A stretch of DNA of 64,000 nucleotides from Arcobacteraceae bacterium (GTDB lineage Bacteria > Campylobacterota > Campylobacteria > Campylobacterales > Arcobacteraceae), in assembly GCA_965224485.1 (NCBI GenBank), contig CBDCZH010000023.1, positions 1-64,000 of the forward strand, in the 5' to 3' direction. Below, one piece after another: positions 1 through 8,340 of this stretch; the first letter of the stretch is position 1; each line of letters begins with the position of its first letter. A program made the translations under genes and the position numbers. The notes below the pieces were generated by a model. That model saw nothing but the letters and a program-made list of their open reading frames with translations. It was not told where the DNA came from and did not search any database.

Positions 1-254
1 CACAATTAGATCAGCAAACACAGCAAAATGCTTCAATAGCAAATGACACTCAAAAAGTAGCAGAACAAACAGATAAAATTGCAAAATTAGTTGTAGCTCA
101 TGCTAATGAAAAAGAGTTTGATGGTAAAAATAGTATAAAGCTTGATAAAATTGAAGTTGGTACAAGTGTTACTTTAGATAAAGAGACTAAAGATGAAAAT
201 AAAGCTAAGGTAATAAGTTCAATTTCTGATGATAATTCATGGGATAGTTTCTAA
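1..254 (+). CDS. Methyl-accepting chemotaxis protein, C-terminal fragment (5' end outside window)
   Basis: Frame from base 3 reads QLDQQTQQNASIANDTQKVAEQTDKIAKLVV...DDNSWDSF*. QLDxxTQQNA is an MCP methylation-helix motif, and the protein ends in an xWxxF pentapeptide. Not in ORF track. Confidence 0.85.
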   Translation, partial: QLDQQTQQNASIANDTQKVAEQTDKIAKLVVAHANEKEFDGKNSIKLDKIEVGTSVTLDKETKDENKAKVISSISDDNSWDSF

Positions 255-324
255 AAATATAAATTCACAGAAAAAGTGCAATATATAAGGCTGATTTATA
301 TATAATAATTTAAAAATAGGAATT

Positions 325-495
325 ATGATGAAAAATGTTATTTATCTTTTACTAATAAGTTTATTATTCTCTTCTTGTAGTGCAACATGGAGTGGAGTTA
401 AAGAAGATAGTTCTGATGCTTGGAAAAATACTAAAGAAGTATCACAAGATGCTTATGATTCTACAAAAGATGCTATTAATAAAGCTACAGAATAA
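325..495 (+). CDS. Small lipoprotein, entericidin-like (56 aa)
   Basis: AGGA RBS at 318-321; MMKNVIYLLLISLLFSSC-SATWSGVKEDSSDAWKNTKEVSQDAYDSTKDAINKATE*, with signal peptide and lipobox Cys. Not in ORF track. Confidence 0.75.
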   Translation: MMKNVIYLLLISLLFSSCSATWSGVKEDSSDAWKNTKEVSQDAYDSTKDAINKATE

Positions 496-503
496 ACTCA
501 GAT

Positions 504-526
504 AAACCCATCTTTTTTGGGTTTTA
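504..526 (+). terminator. Probable intrinsic terminator
   Basis: AAACCCA-tcttttt-TGGGTTT hairpin just after the lipoprotein stop. Confidence 0.5.
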
Positions 527-642
527 GAGTTTTATAGATATTTTGTGTAATTGTTTTCAAAACAAAGCAGTAATAAAGTATTTGAATATATTATAATTGC
601 GCATAAAGTTTTAGAAGATAATAAAAGCTTTGTTTGTGAAAA

Positions 643-720
643 TGGAGCTGGTGAAGGGACTCGAACCCCCGACCTGCTGATTACAAATCAGCTGCTCTAG
701 CCAAGCTGAGCTACACCAGC
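643..720 (-). tRNA. tRNA-Thr(UGU)
   Basis: Reverse complement GCTGGTGTAGCTCAG...CTGATTTGTAATCAG...GGTTCGAGTCC...CACCAGCTCCA; cloverleaf, encoded CCA. Confidence 0.97.
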
Positions 721-789
721 AACATTAAAAAGTTTCAAATTAAATTAAGAATTTGAAGTATAAGTACGAGTTGTACTTATAAAAAAGAA

Positions 790-866
790 TGGTGTCAAAA
801 GAGGGACTCGAACCCTCGACCTCCGGCTTATGAGACCAGCGCTCTAGCCAGCTGAGCTACTTTGAC
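790..866 (-). tRNA. tRNA with CAU anticodon, non-initiator (elongator Met; Ile2 not excluded)
   Basis: GTCAAAGTAGCTCAG...CTGGTCTCATAAGCCGG...TTTGACACCA; paired 1:72, no GGG/CCC anticodon stem. Confidence 0.93.
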
Positions 867-886
867 ATCTTTTAATACATTCTTCT

Positions 887-963
887 TGGTTGCGGAAACA
901 GGATTTGAACCTGTGACCTACGGGTTATGAGCCCGTCGAGCTACCGTGCTGCTCTATTCCGCG
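887..963 (-). tRNA. Initiator tRNA-fMet(CAU)
   Basis: CGCGGAATAGAGCAG...ACGGGCTCATAACCCGT...TTCCGCAACCA; C1:A72 mismatch and three G-C pairs in the anticodon stem. Confidence 0.96.
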
Positions 964-977
964 AATCTACTTAAAAT

Positions 978-1052
978 TGGATGGGGTAGAAGGATTCGAA
1001 CCTTCGAATGACGGCACCAAAAGCCGTTGCCTTACCGCTTGGCCATACCCCA
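978..1052 (-). tRNA. tRNA-Gln(UUG)
   Basis: TGGGGTATGGCCAAGCGGTAAGGCAACGGCTTTTGGTGCCGT...TACCCCATCCA; U1:A72 pair. Confidence 0.96.
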
Positions 1053-1069
1053 ATCAATTAAGTGCCGAA

Positions 1070-1098
1070 ATTATAGTAAAATTGTTTAACATTGTCAA
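1070..1098 (-). promoter_or_regulatory. Sigma-70-type promoter of the tRNA operon
   Basis: Minus strand TTGACA-17 nt-TATAAT followed by GC-rich TTCGGCAC discriminator. Confidence 0.85.
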
Positions 1099-1172
1099 GT
1101 GTTTTTTGGGTAAATTTCGTAATTTCTGCTATAATTTCAAATATATATAAATATGATAAAAAAGAGATAAAA

Positions 1173-2204
1173 ATGTCAGCTATAAAAAGAGTAAAAGAAG
1201 CAATAGAAGAAATACGAAAAGGTAACATGGTTATCATGTTAGATGATGAAGATAGAGAGAATGAAGGTGATTTAGTTTACGCAGCAGCATTATCTACTAA
1301 TCAAAAAGTAAATTTTATGGCAACTCATGCAAAAGGTTTAATTTGTGTAGCTGTTACTAAAGATACTGCTAATAGATTAAAACTTAATCCTATGGTTGCA
1401 TCTAATACCTCTTCATATGAAACAGCTTTTACAGTCTCTGTTGATGCATCTGAGGCTCTAACAGGTATTAGTGCAGGGGAGAGAGATGATACTATTAGAA
1501 TACTAGCTAATCCTATTAGTAAAGAAGTAGAATTAGTAAGACCTGGACATATTTTCCCTTTAATTGCTAAAGACGGTGGCGTTCTTGTTCGAATTGGTCA
1601 TACTGAGGGTTCTGTTGATTTATGTAAATTAGCAGGGCTTAACGGCGAAGCTGTTATTTGTGAAATCATGAAAGAAGATGGAACAATGGCTAGACGTGAT
1701 GATTTGGATATTTTTGCACAAAAACATACAATGAAACAAATCTATATATCTGATTTAGTAGAATATAGATTAGCTAATGAAACCTTAGTAGAAGAAGTAA
1801 CATCTACTAATATAGAGTTTTTTGGAAGTAAAGTTATAAAAAAAGAGTTCAAAGATCATTTAGGAAACATTCATACTGCTATTTTATTTGGAAAAACAGA
1901 AAAAAATACTCATGTTAAGTTTCATACAGTAATACCTGATTTAAATTTATTTTTACATGACAATAAATTATCTTCAATGTTAAAAGCAATTAACTTCTTA
2001 CAAGCAAAAGAGGGTGTATTGATATTTTTAAGTGATGATAAAGCAAATAGAGAGTCTCAAAAAGATTATGGTATTGGAGCACAAGTTTTAAAAGCTTTAG
2101 GAATTAATGGAATTAAACTATTAACTTCTGGTGGAAAACATTCATATATTGGATTAAATGGTTTTGGTTTAGAAATTATTGAAGAGATTCAAATAGAAGG
2201 CTAG
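1173..2204 (+). CDS. ribB: 3,4-dihydroxy-2-butanone-4-phosphate synthase fused to degenerate GTP cyclohydrolase II-like domain (RibBX type)
   Basis: DDEDRENEGDL, RPGHIFPL and GHTEGS motifs; C-terminal domain has no zinc-binding Cys. Start moved to ATG 1173, downstream of the TGCTATAAT extended -10 at 1127-1135. Confidence 0.9.
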   Translation: MSAIKRVKEAIEEIRKGNMVIMLDDEDRENEGDLVYAAALSTNQKVNFMATHAKGLICVAVTKDTANRLKLNPMVASNTSSYETAFTVSVDASEALTGISAGERDDTIRILANPISKEVELVRPGHIFPLIAKDGGVLVRIGHTEGSVDLCKLAGLNGEAVICEIMKEDGTMARRDDLDIFAQKHTMKQIYISDLVEYRLANETLVEEVTSTNIEFFGSKVIKKEFKDHLGNIHTAILFGKTEKNTHVKFHTVIPDLNLFLHDNKLSSMLKAINFLQAKEGVLIFLSDDKANRESQKDYGIGAQVLKALGINGIKLLTSGGKHSYIGLNGFGLEIIEEIQIEG

Positions 2205-2227
2205 TTTTACTTTAACTTTTCAACTTT

Positions 2228-2265
2228 AAAAGAAGGGAAGAAGTTTACAACTTCTTCCCTTTTTT
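2228..2265. terminator. Bidirectional intrinsic terminator between ribB and pckA
   Basis: AAGGGAAGAAGTT-tac-AACTTCTTCCCTT stem flanked by A and T runs. Confidence 0.85.
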
Positions 2266-2292
2266 ATTGCCTTAATTAGAGCCTTTAGTTTA

Positions 2293-3873
2293 TTATAACT
2301 TAGGCCCAGCAGAAGTATAATCATATTCACTCTCTAGTGTTAAATACTTTTTAAAGTTTTTAACATACATATATGCTAGTTTTTTCTTCATTTCATCATA
2401 TGCGTCTTTGTCTTCCCAAGTATTTCTAGGATTTAACACATGAGTATCAACACCTTCAAGGGTTTTTGGGATTTTAAGATTAAATGTTGATAAAGTTTCA
2501 AATTCTGCCTCATTAATAGAACCATCTAAAATTCCATTTATACAAGCTCTCGTATTTTTAATACTCATTCTTTTACCAATACCATAAGGACCACCTGTCC
2601 ATCCTGTATTTACTAAATACACATTAACATTATGAGCATCAATCTTTTTACCTAATAACTCAGCATATTTTGTAGGGTTTAAAGGTAAAAATGCTTCTCC
2701 AAAACAAGAAGAAAAAGTAGCAACTGGTTCAGTTATTCCTCTCTCAGTTCCTGCAACTTTAGCAGTATAACCACTTAAGAAGTAATACATTGCTTGTTTT
2801 TTAGTAAGTTTTGAAACAGGAGGTAAAACTCCAAAAGCATCAGCACATAAAAAGATAATATTATTAGGATGACCACCTTTCATATCAGGAGTATGATTTT
2901 CGATATGGTCTAAGGGATAAGAAACTCTAGTATTTTCAGTTTTACTTGCATTTGTATAGTCAACAACACCATTTTCATCGGCAACTACATTTTCTAAAAT
3001 AGCACCTTTTTTTATAGCTTTGAAAATTTCTGGTTCACTACTTTCATCAAGGTTAATAACTTTAGCATAACAGCCACCTTCAAAGTTAAAAATACCATTA
3101 TCGTCCCAACCATGTTCATCATCACCAATTAAAGCACGTTTTGGATCAGTTGATAAAGTAGTTTTACCCGTTCCACTTAAACCAAAGAATAAGGCAGTAT
3201 CTCCTTTCTCTCCAATATTTGCTGAACAGTGCATTGAAAGCTTACCTTCTAAAGGAAGCCAATAATTCATCATAGAAAAAACACCTTTTTTCATCTCACC
3301 TGCATACCAAGTACCACCAATAATTGCAGTATTTTCTTCTACATTAAAAACAACAAATACTTCTGAGTGTATCTTATGCGAAACATATGACATATCAACT
3401 GTTTTACAAGCATTATAAATTGTAAAATCAGGTTTAAAGTTATCAAGTTCTTCTTGCGTTTTTGGCATTATAAACATATTTTGAATAAAGTTTGCCTGCC
3501 AAGCTACTTCTGTTATAAATCTAACTGATCGCCTTGAGTCTAAAGAGGCTCCACAGTATACATCTGTAATAAATAAATCTTTTCCACTTAATTGAGTTTT
3601 AGCAGTTCCTAATAACTCAAGATAAACATCAGGAGTAACTTTTCTGTTAATATCGCCCCAAGCAATATATTTATTTGAAGGATCTTGATTAACAAAAAAC
3701 TTATCTTTTGGGCTTCTACCTGTAAAAATACCAGTATCAATCATCAACGCGCCAGTTGAAGAGACTTTAGCCCCTTCATTTTTAACAGCGTGATCAATTA
3801 ATAAATCAATATCAGAGTTTCTATGCACAGTTTGTACGTCTTTTAATCCTAAGTGGTCTTTAATGTCAGACAT
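2293..3873 (-). CDS. pckA: Phosphoenolpyruvate carboxykinase (ATP)
   Basis: [38 protein letters not shown]. Confidence 0.97.
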   Translation of the reverse strand: MSDIKDHLGLKDVQTVHRNSDIDLLIDHAVKNEGAKVSSTGALMIDTGIFTGRSPKDKFFVNQDPSNKYIAWGDINRKVTPDVYLELLGTAKTQLSGKDLFITDVYCGASLDSRRSVRFITEVAWQANFIQNMFIMPKTQEELDNFKPDFTIYNACKTVDMSYVSHKIHSEVFVVFNVEENTAIIGGTWYAGEMKKGVFSMMNYWLPLEGKLSMHCSANIGEKGDTALFFGLSGTGKTTLSTDPKRALIGDDEHGWDDNGIFNFEGGCYAKVINLDESSEPEIFKAIKKGAILENVVADENGVVDYTNASKTENTRVSYPLDHIENHTPDMKGGHPNNIIFLCADAFGVLPPVSKLTKKQAMYYFLSGYTAKVAGTERGITEPVATFSSCFGEAFLPLNPTKYAELLGKKIDAHNVNVYLVNTGWTGGPYGIGKRMSIKNTRACINGILDGSINEAEFETLSTFNLKIPKTLEGVDTHVLNPRNTWEDKDAYDEMKKKLAYMYVKNFKKYLTLESEYDYTSAGPKL

Positions 3874-3894
3874 AATTTTATTCTTTCCTAATTT

Positions 3895-5226
3895 TTATTT
3901 AAATATTGATAATAGTACACCAGCAGCTACGGCAGAACCTATAACTCCAGCAACATTTGGACCCATTGCGTGCATTAAAAGAATATTTGATGGATCATAT
4001 TTTTGACCCTCTTTTGATACAACTCTTGCAGCCATAGGAACAGCTGATACTCCAGCTGCTCCTATTAATGGATTGATTTGATTATCTTTTGATGAGAGTT
4101 TATTCATAACTTTTGCCATTAAAACACCCATCATAGTTCCAGCTGAAAATGCAACTAAACCAATAACCATAATTCCCATAGTCTCAGCAACCAAAAATTG
4201 CTCAGATGCTAGTTTTGACCCAACACCAAGTCCTAAGAAAATTGTAACAATATTAATAAGTGAATTTTGCATAGTATCTGATAATCTCTCAACAACACCA
4301 GATTCTTTTGCAAAGTTACCAAAACAAAGAGCTCCAATTAAAGGAGTTGCATCTGGTAAAATAAGTATTGCTAAGACTAAAACTACTAAAGGAAACACAA
4401 TTTTTTCTAATTTAGAAACTTTTCTGCTAGCTTTCATCTTGATTTTTCTCTCATCAGGAGTTGTAAAGGCTCTCATGATGGGAGGTTGAATAACAGGAAC
4501 TAAAGCCATGTAAGAATAAGCAGCAACTGCGATTGCTCCTAATAATTCAGGCGCCAAAGCTGAGGCTATAAAAATTGAAGTAGGGCCATCAGCTCCACCT
4601 ATAATCGAAATAGCAGCACTTTGTTGAAGAGTGAAATCAATACCAGGAAGATACTTAGATAATGCAACAGCTCCTACAAGTGAACCAAAAATTCCAAATT
4701 GAGCAGCTCCTCCTAAAAGGGCAGTTTTAGGGTTCGATAATAAAGGACCAAAATCCGTCATAGCTCCAACACCCATAAAAATTAATAAAGGGAAAAACTC
4801 ATTTGCTATTCCCATATTATAAATAATACCAAGCATTCCGTGATCACCAGCTATATTTGCAATAGGAATATTTGCTAATAAACCACCAAAACCAATAGGA
4901 ATTAGTAGTAAAGGCTCAAAACCTTTTTTAATTGCAAGATAAAACAGTATAAAACAAATAAGAATCATTATTACTCGTCCAATACTTTGAGCAAAAATAG
5001 TCATATCTTTACCATGCGCATCTTTTATACCAACTTCTGGACTAATAATTGCTTTTAATCCAGTTGTATCATAAAATGACACAATAAGTTGTGTTAAAGA
5101 CTTACTTACATACTCTTTTTCTTCTGTTTGAACTTTTTCATGAGTACTTGCACTTGCAAAAGCATTACTTGCAAAAACAGTCATTAAAAGTACAAAAATA
5201 GATATTAATAGGCTTTTTTTCATCAT
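3895..5226 (-). CDS. oadB: Na+-translocating decarboxylase beta subunit
   Basis: [55 protein letters not shown]. Confidence 0.95.
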   Translation of the reverse strand: MMKKSLLISIFVLLMTVFASNAFASASTHEKVQTEEKEYVSKSLTQLIVSFYDTTGLKAIISPEVGIKDAHGKDMTIFAQSIGRVIMILICFILFYLAIKKGFEPLLLIPIGFGGLLANIPIANIAGDHGMLGIIYNMGIANEFFPLLIFMGVGAMTDFGPLLSNPKTALLGGAAQFGIFGSLVGAVALSKYLPGIDFTLQQSAAISIIGGADGPTSIFIASALAPELLGAIAVAAYSYMALVPVIQPPIMRAFTTPDERKIKMKASRKVSKLEKIVFPLVVLVLAILILPDATPLIGALCFGNFAKESGVVERLSDTMQNSLINIVTIFLGLGVGSKLASEQFLVAETMGIMVIGLVAFSAGTMMGVLMAKVMNKLSSKDNQINPLIGAAGVSAVPMAARVVSKEGQKYDPSNILLMHAMGPNVAGVIGSAVAAGVLLSIFK

Positions 5227-5235
5227 CTCTCCTAA

Positions 5236-7044
5236 TTAGCCAATAGTAGCTAATACATCTCCTTCTTCAACTGCATCATTTTGATTTACAGTAATAGAAG
5301 TAATTGTTCCAGCTTTGCTTGCTGTAATATCAATTTCCATTTTCATAGCTTCTAAAATCATAATAGTTTGATCTTTTTCCACTTTATCTCCAACTTTTGA
5401 TAATACTTTCCAAACATTTCCATTTACAACAGCTTGAATCTCAGAACCTTCACCAGAACCTTCTGTTACAGCAGCTTCTTGGCTACTTGCAGCTGGTGTT
5501 ACTTGAATATCAGCATTACCTGGGGCAATTGATACATTAAATTTTTGACCATCAACTACTACTGTATAGTTTCCATTTGCATTATTCATTTTATTACCTT
5601 CTCCTAAGTTACATTCTTTGTCATCACTGCATACATCATCAGTTTTTCTTACATTTAAAGGACTTTCACCTTTTAAAAATGCAATTCCTTTTTCATCACA
5701 AGCAGCAGCTATAAAAATATTTTCTTCGCTTGTTTGGATTTTCTCTTCTTCTAATCTTTTTTTCCAATAAGACATTGTTTTCTTTTCATCTCTATCAGCT
5801 ATATCTAAAGGATTTTCACTTGTTGGTTCAAGTTTTAATTTTTCTGAGGCAAATTTCATCACTTCAGCATCTGGAGTTACAGGAGTTTTACCAAAATATC
5901 CTAAAACCATTCTTCCATATCCAGGAGCAATTTGTTTCCAAGGTCCAAAAATAACATTTGCATAAGCTTGTTGCCAATAAAATTGAGAAACAGGAGTTAC
6001 AGAAGTTCCATAACCACCTTTTTCAACAACTTCTCTCATAGCTTTTATTACTTCTGGGAATTTATCTAAAGTTCCATTATCTCTCATCATTTGAGTATTA
6101 GCAGTTAATGCACCACCTGGCATTGGTGAAAATGGAATCAAAGGAGAAACTTGAGTAGCTTCAGGAGGAATAAAATAATCTTTTAATTGATGTTTTAAAA
6201 CTTCTTCATATTTTAGAATTTTATCAATTTCTAAACCACCAAGATCATAATTCATACCTTTTACCGCATGCATCATAGTTAATAAATCAGGTTGAGATGT
6301 TCCTCCTGATACTGGAGAAGCGGCTAAATCAATACCATCAGCACCTGCATCAAGCGCAGCTAAATAACATGCAACTGAAACACCAGCTGTTTCATGAGTA
6401 TGTAGTCTTAAGTGAGTATCTTTTCCTGTAAGTTTTCTAGCCATTTTAAGAGTTTCAAATATTTTTTGTGGTGATGAAGTTCCTGAAGCATCTTTAAAAC
6501 AAATAGAATCATAAGCAATTCCACTATCTAAAATAGCTCTTAGCGTTTTTTCATAAAAAGCTACATCATGTGCACCCTTACACCCAGGTGGTAAATCCAT
6601 TAAAGTTACAACAACTTCATGATTTAATCCATATTTTTTAATACATTCAGCAGAATACTCCAAATTTGTAACATCATTTAAAGCATCAAAGTTTCTAATA
6701 GTAGTAGTACTATGTTTTGCAAACATTTTTGCATGCATATCTACAAGTTCTCTTGAACCAGTATCTAGCATTACTGTATTTATTCCACGCGCAAGTGTTT
6801 GTAAATTAGCATCAGGGCCAACAATATCCCTAAATTTATCCATCATAGTAAAAGCATTTTCTTGTAAATAGAAAAACAAAGATTGAAATCTTGCTCCTCC
6901 ACCAAACTCATAGTGTGTAATTCCTGCTTCCTTCGCAGCTTCTACAGCTGGAAAAAAATCATTCATTAGAACTCTACCACCAAAGACAGACTGAAATCCA
7001 TCTCTAAAAGTAGTATCCATGACATCAATATATTTTTTAGCCAT
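5236..7044 (-). CDS. oadA: Biotin-dependent carboxyltransferase with C-terminal biotinyl domain (oxaloacetate decarboxylase alpha / pyruvate carboxylase B)
   Basis: DTTFRDGFQS, LHTH, MPGG, VTPVSQ and EAMKME biotin site; flanked by oadG and oadB. Confidence 0.88.
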   Translation of the reverse strand: MAKKYIDVMDTTFRDGFQSVFGGRVLMNDFFPAVEAAKEAGITHYEFGGGARFQSLFFYLQENAFTMMDKFRDIVGPDANLQTLARGINTVMLDTGSRELVDMHAKMFAKHSTTTIRNFDALNDVTNLEYSAECIKKYGLNHEVVVTLMDLPPGCKGAHDVAFYEKTLRAILDSGIAYDSICFKDASGTSSPQKIFETLKMARKLTGKDTHLRLHTHETAGVSVACYLAALDAGADGIDLAASPVSGGTSQPDLLTMMHAVKGMNYDLGGLEIDKILKYEEVLKHQLKDYFIPPEATQVSPLIPFSPMPGGALTANTQMMRDNGTLDKFPEVIKAMREVVEKGGYGTSVTPVSQFYWQQAYANVIFGPWKQIAPGYGRMVLGYFGKTPVTPDAEVMKFASEKLKLEPTSENPLDIADRDEKKTMSYWKKRLEEEKIQTSEENIFIAAACDEKGIAFLKGESPLNVRKTDDVCSDDKECNLGEGNKMNNANGNYTVVVDGQKFNVSIAPGNADIQVTPAASSQEAAVTEGSGEGSEIQAVVNGNVWKVLSKVGDKVEKDQTIMILEAMKMEIDITASKAGTITSITVNQNDAVEEGDVLATIG

Positions 7045-7049
7045 TTATG

Positions 7050-7289
7050 TTAACCTTTAAGATTTTTGTGATGTTGTACAGCTGCGACAATAGCAGCTAC
7101 TTTTTTAGACGAAGAAGTAACAACACTAGGTTGTACTTTTTTATTTACCTTTTCCTTAGCAGGAAAGTATTTACCCAATAATGCCGCTTGGCCTTTGAGA
7201 ACAAAAATTAAAATTACTAAAAATGAGAAAACTACACCCATTCCTAAAACCATAAACTTTAACGCTTCACTAATTACATTTATTTCCAT
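7050..7289 (-). CDS. oadG: Na+-translocating decarboxylase gamma subunit
   Basis: Single TM (LGMGVVFSFLVILIF) and VAAIVAAVQHH tail; start moved to ATG 7289 after GGAGAGG RBS. Confidence 0.9.
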   Translation of the reverse strand: MEINVISEALKFMVLGMGVVFSFLVILIFVLKGQAALLGKYFPAKEKVNKKVQPSVVTSSSKKVAAIVAAVQHHKNLKG

Positions 7290-7408
7290 ATTCCCTCTCC
7301 GTGGTACCACCGAAATTTAATAAGTAATATTATAGTAATAATGCTTTATTAAAATTAATTTTGCGTTCTATTTTTAAGAAATTTTGAAATTTGTGTTTTT
7401 AATCACTA

Positions 7409-7516
7409 TTACAATATTTTATTACCAAAGGTATATAAAAAATAATCTGCTTTTTTAATAATATTTAAAATAATATTTAAAATAATATTTCGTGTTTGGA
7501 ACATTCTATTTTGCAT
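7409..7516 (-). CDS. Putative 35-aa small protein divergent from the S24 repressor
   Basis: AAGGA RBS 6 nt upstream of ATG; TATAAT at 7544-7539; MQNRMFQTRNIILNIILNIIKKADYFLYTFGNKIL*. No recognised homology. Confidence 0.45.
   Translation of the reverse strand: MQNRMFQTRNIILNIILNIIKKADYFLYTFGNKIL
7457..7490. repeat. 12-bp tandem repeat (AATAATATTTAA x2.8)
   Basis: Directly visible; in frame within the small ORF, encoding NIIL-NIIL-NII. Confidence 0.85.
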
Positions 7517-7530
7517 TTTAAATCCTTTTT

Positions 7531-7591
7531 TATGACAAATTATAATATATTTTTAAAAATACTTGAAAAATATTTCATTTTGTAATATAAT
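7531..7591. promoter_or_regulatory. Divergent promoters with two candidate 17-bp operators
   Basis: Plus strand TTGAAA(7563)-17-TATAAT(7586); minus strand TATAAT at 7544-7539; imperfect palindromes TATGACAAATTATAATA (7531-7547) and TATTTCATTTTGTAATA (7571-7587). Confidence 0.55.
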
Positions 7592-7622
7592 GAATTATAA
7601 ACTTACACCAAAAGGATAAGAT

Positions 7623-8279
7623 ATGTTATTTGCTGATGAGATTATTGAAAAACTTAAAGATATTTTAAGTACAGATGGAAAAGAAGGAAAAGTTTTTGAT
7701 AAAGATGTAGCTGGAGCATTAAATTTATCTCAAGCAAATTTTGCAACTATGAAAAATAGAGGTAAAATACCTTTTTCTAATATACTTGATTTTTGTGCTA
7801 TTAAAAAAATATCAATTAATTGGCTTTTATACGGACAAAGTCCAGATTCCTTAGTTAATAGTACAGATAAGTATTGGATTAAATTTTTTCCAGAAGTTGC
7901 TGTTTCTGCAGGTGGTGGTGCTTTTGAAAATGAAGATTCTTATGAAAAACTAGAAATACCTCAATATTTTGTAAATAATTTAGGTGGAGAGAAGAATTTA
8001 AAGAATATTGATGCTATTAATGTAATAGGGGATTCAATGGAACCTACCTTAAACTCAAATGATATAATTTTTCTAGATAAGAGTAAAAAGGATAATATAA
8101 AAGATGGTATTTATGCTTTTACAAATATTAATGGACTTTTTGTAAAAAGAATACAAAAAAGAGTAGATGGAAAGTTAGATATTATTTCTGATAATAATGA
8201 TTATCCTAAACAAGTTCTAAATTCAAGTGAAATAAGTATTTTAGGAAAAGTTCTTAGTTCTTTTGGAACAGTTTATTAG
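7623..8279 (+). CDS. CI/LexA-like repressor: N-terminal HTH plus S24 autopeptidase domain
   Basis: HTH KDVAGALNLSQANFATMKNRGKIP; Ala-Gly site VSAGGG; catalytic Ser in GDSMEP and Lys in FVKR. Confidence 0.9.
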   Translation: MLFADEIIEKLKDILSTDGKEGKVFDKDVAGALNLSQANFATMKNRGKIPFSNILDFCAIKKISINWLLYGQSPDSLVNSTDKYWIKFFPEVAVSAGGGAFENEDSYEKLEIPQYFVNNLGGEKNLKNIDAINVIGDSMEPTLNSNDIIFLDKSKKDNIKDGIYAFTNINGLFVKRIQKRVDGKLDIISDNNDYPKQVLNSSEISILGKVLSSFGTVY

Positions 8280-8340
8280 AAAAATACTTTTAGTTGTGAT
8301 AATAAAAGCTCTTTACTTTAGCAAATCTTTGTTCTATATC

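Noticed and set aside
643..1052. tRNA cluster as an island insertion site
   Set aside because: No duplicated tRNA 3' end noticed elsewhere in the window and no adjacent integrase
7297..7316. GGTGGTACCACGG resembles a T-box antiterminator motif
   Set aside because: The leader is only about 35 nt from a clear -10, with no stem I, specifier loop or terminator, and the downstream gene is not amino-acid related
7623..8279. CI-like repressor as a prophage marker
   Set aside because: No integrase, replication, structural or lysis genes nearby; flanks are housekeeping genes
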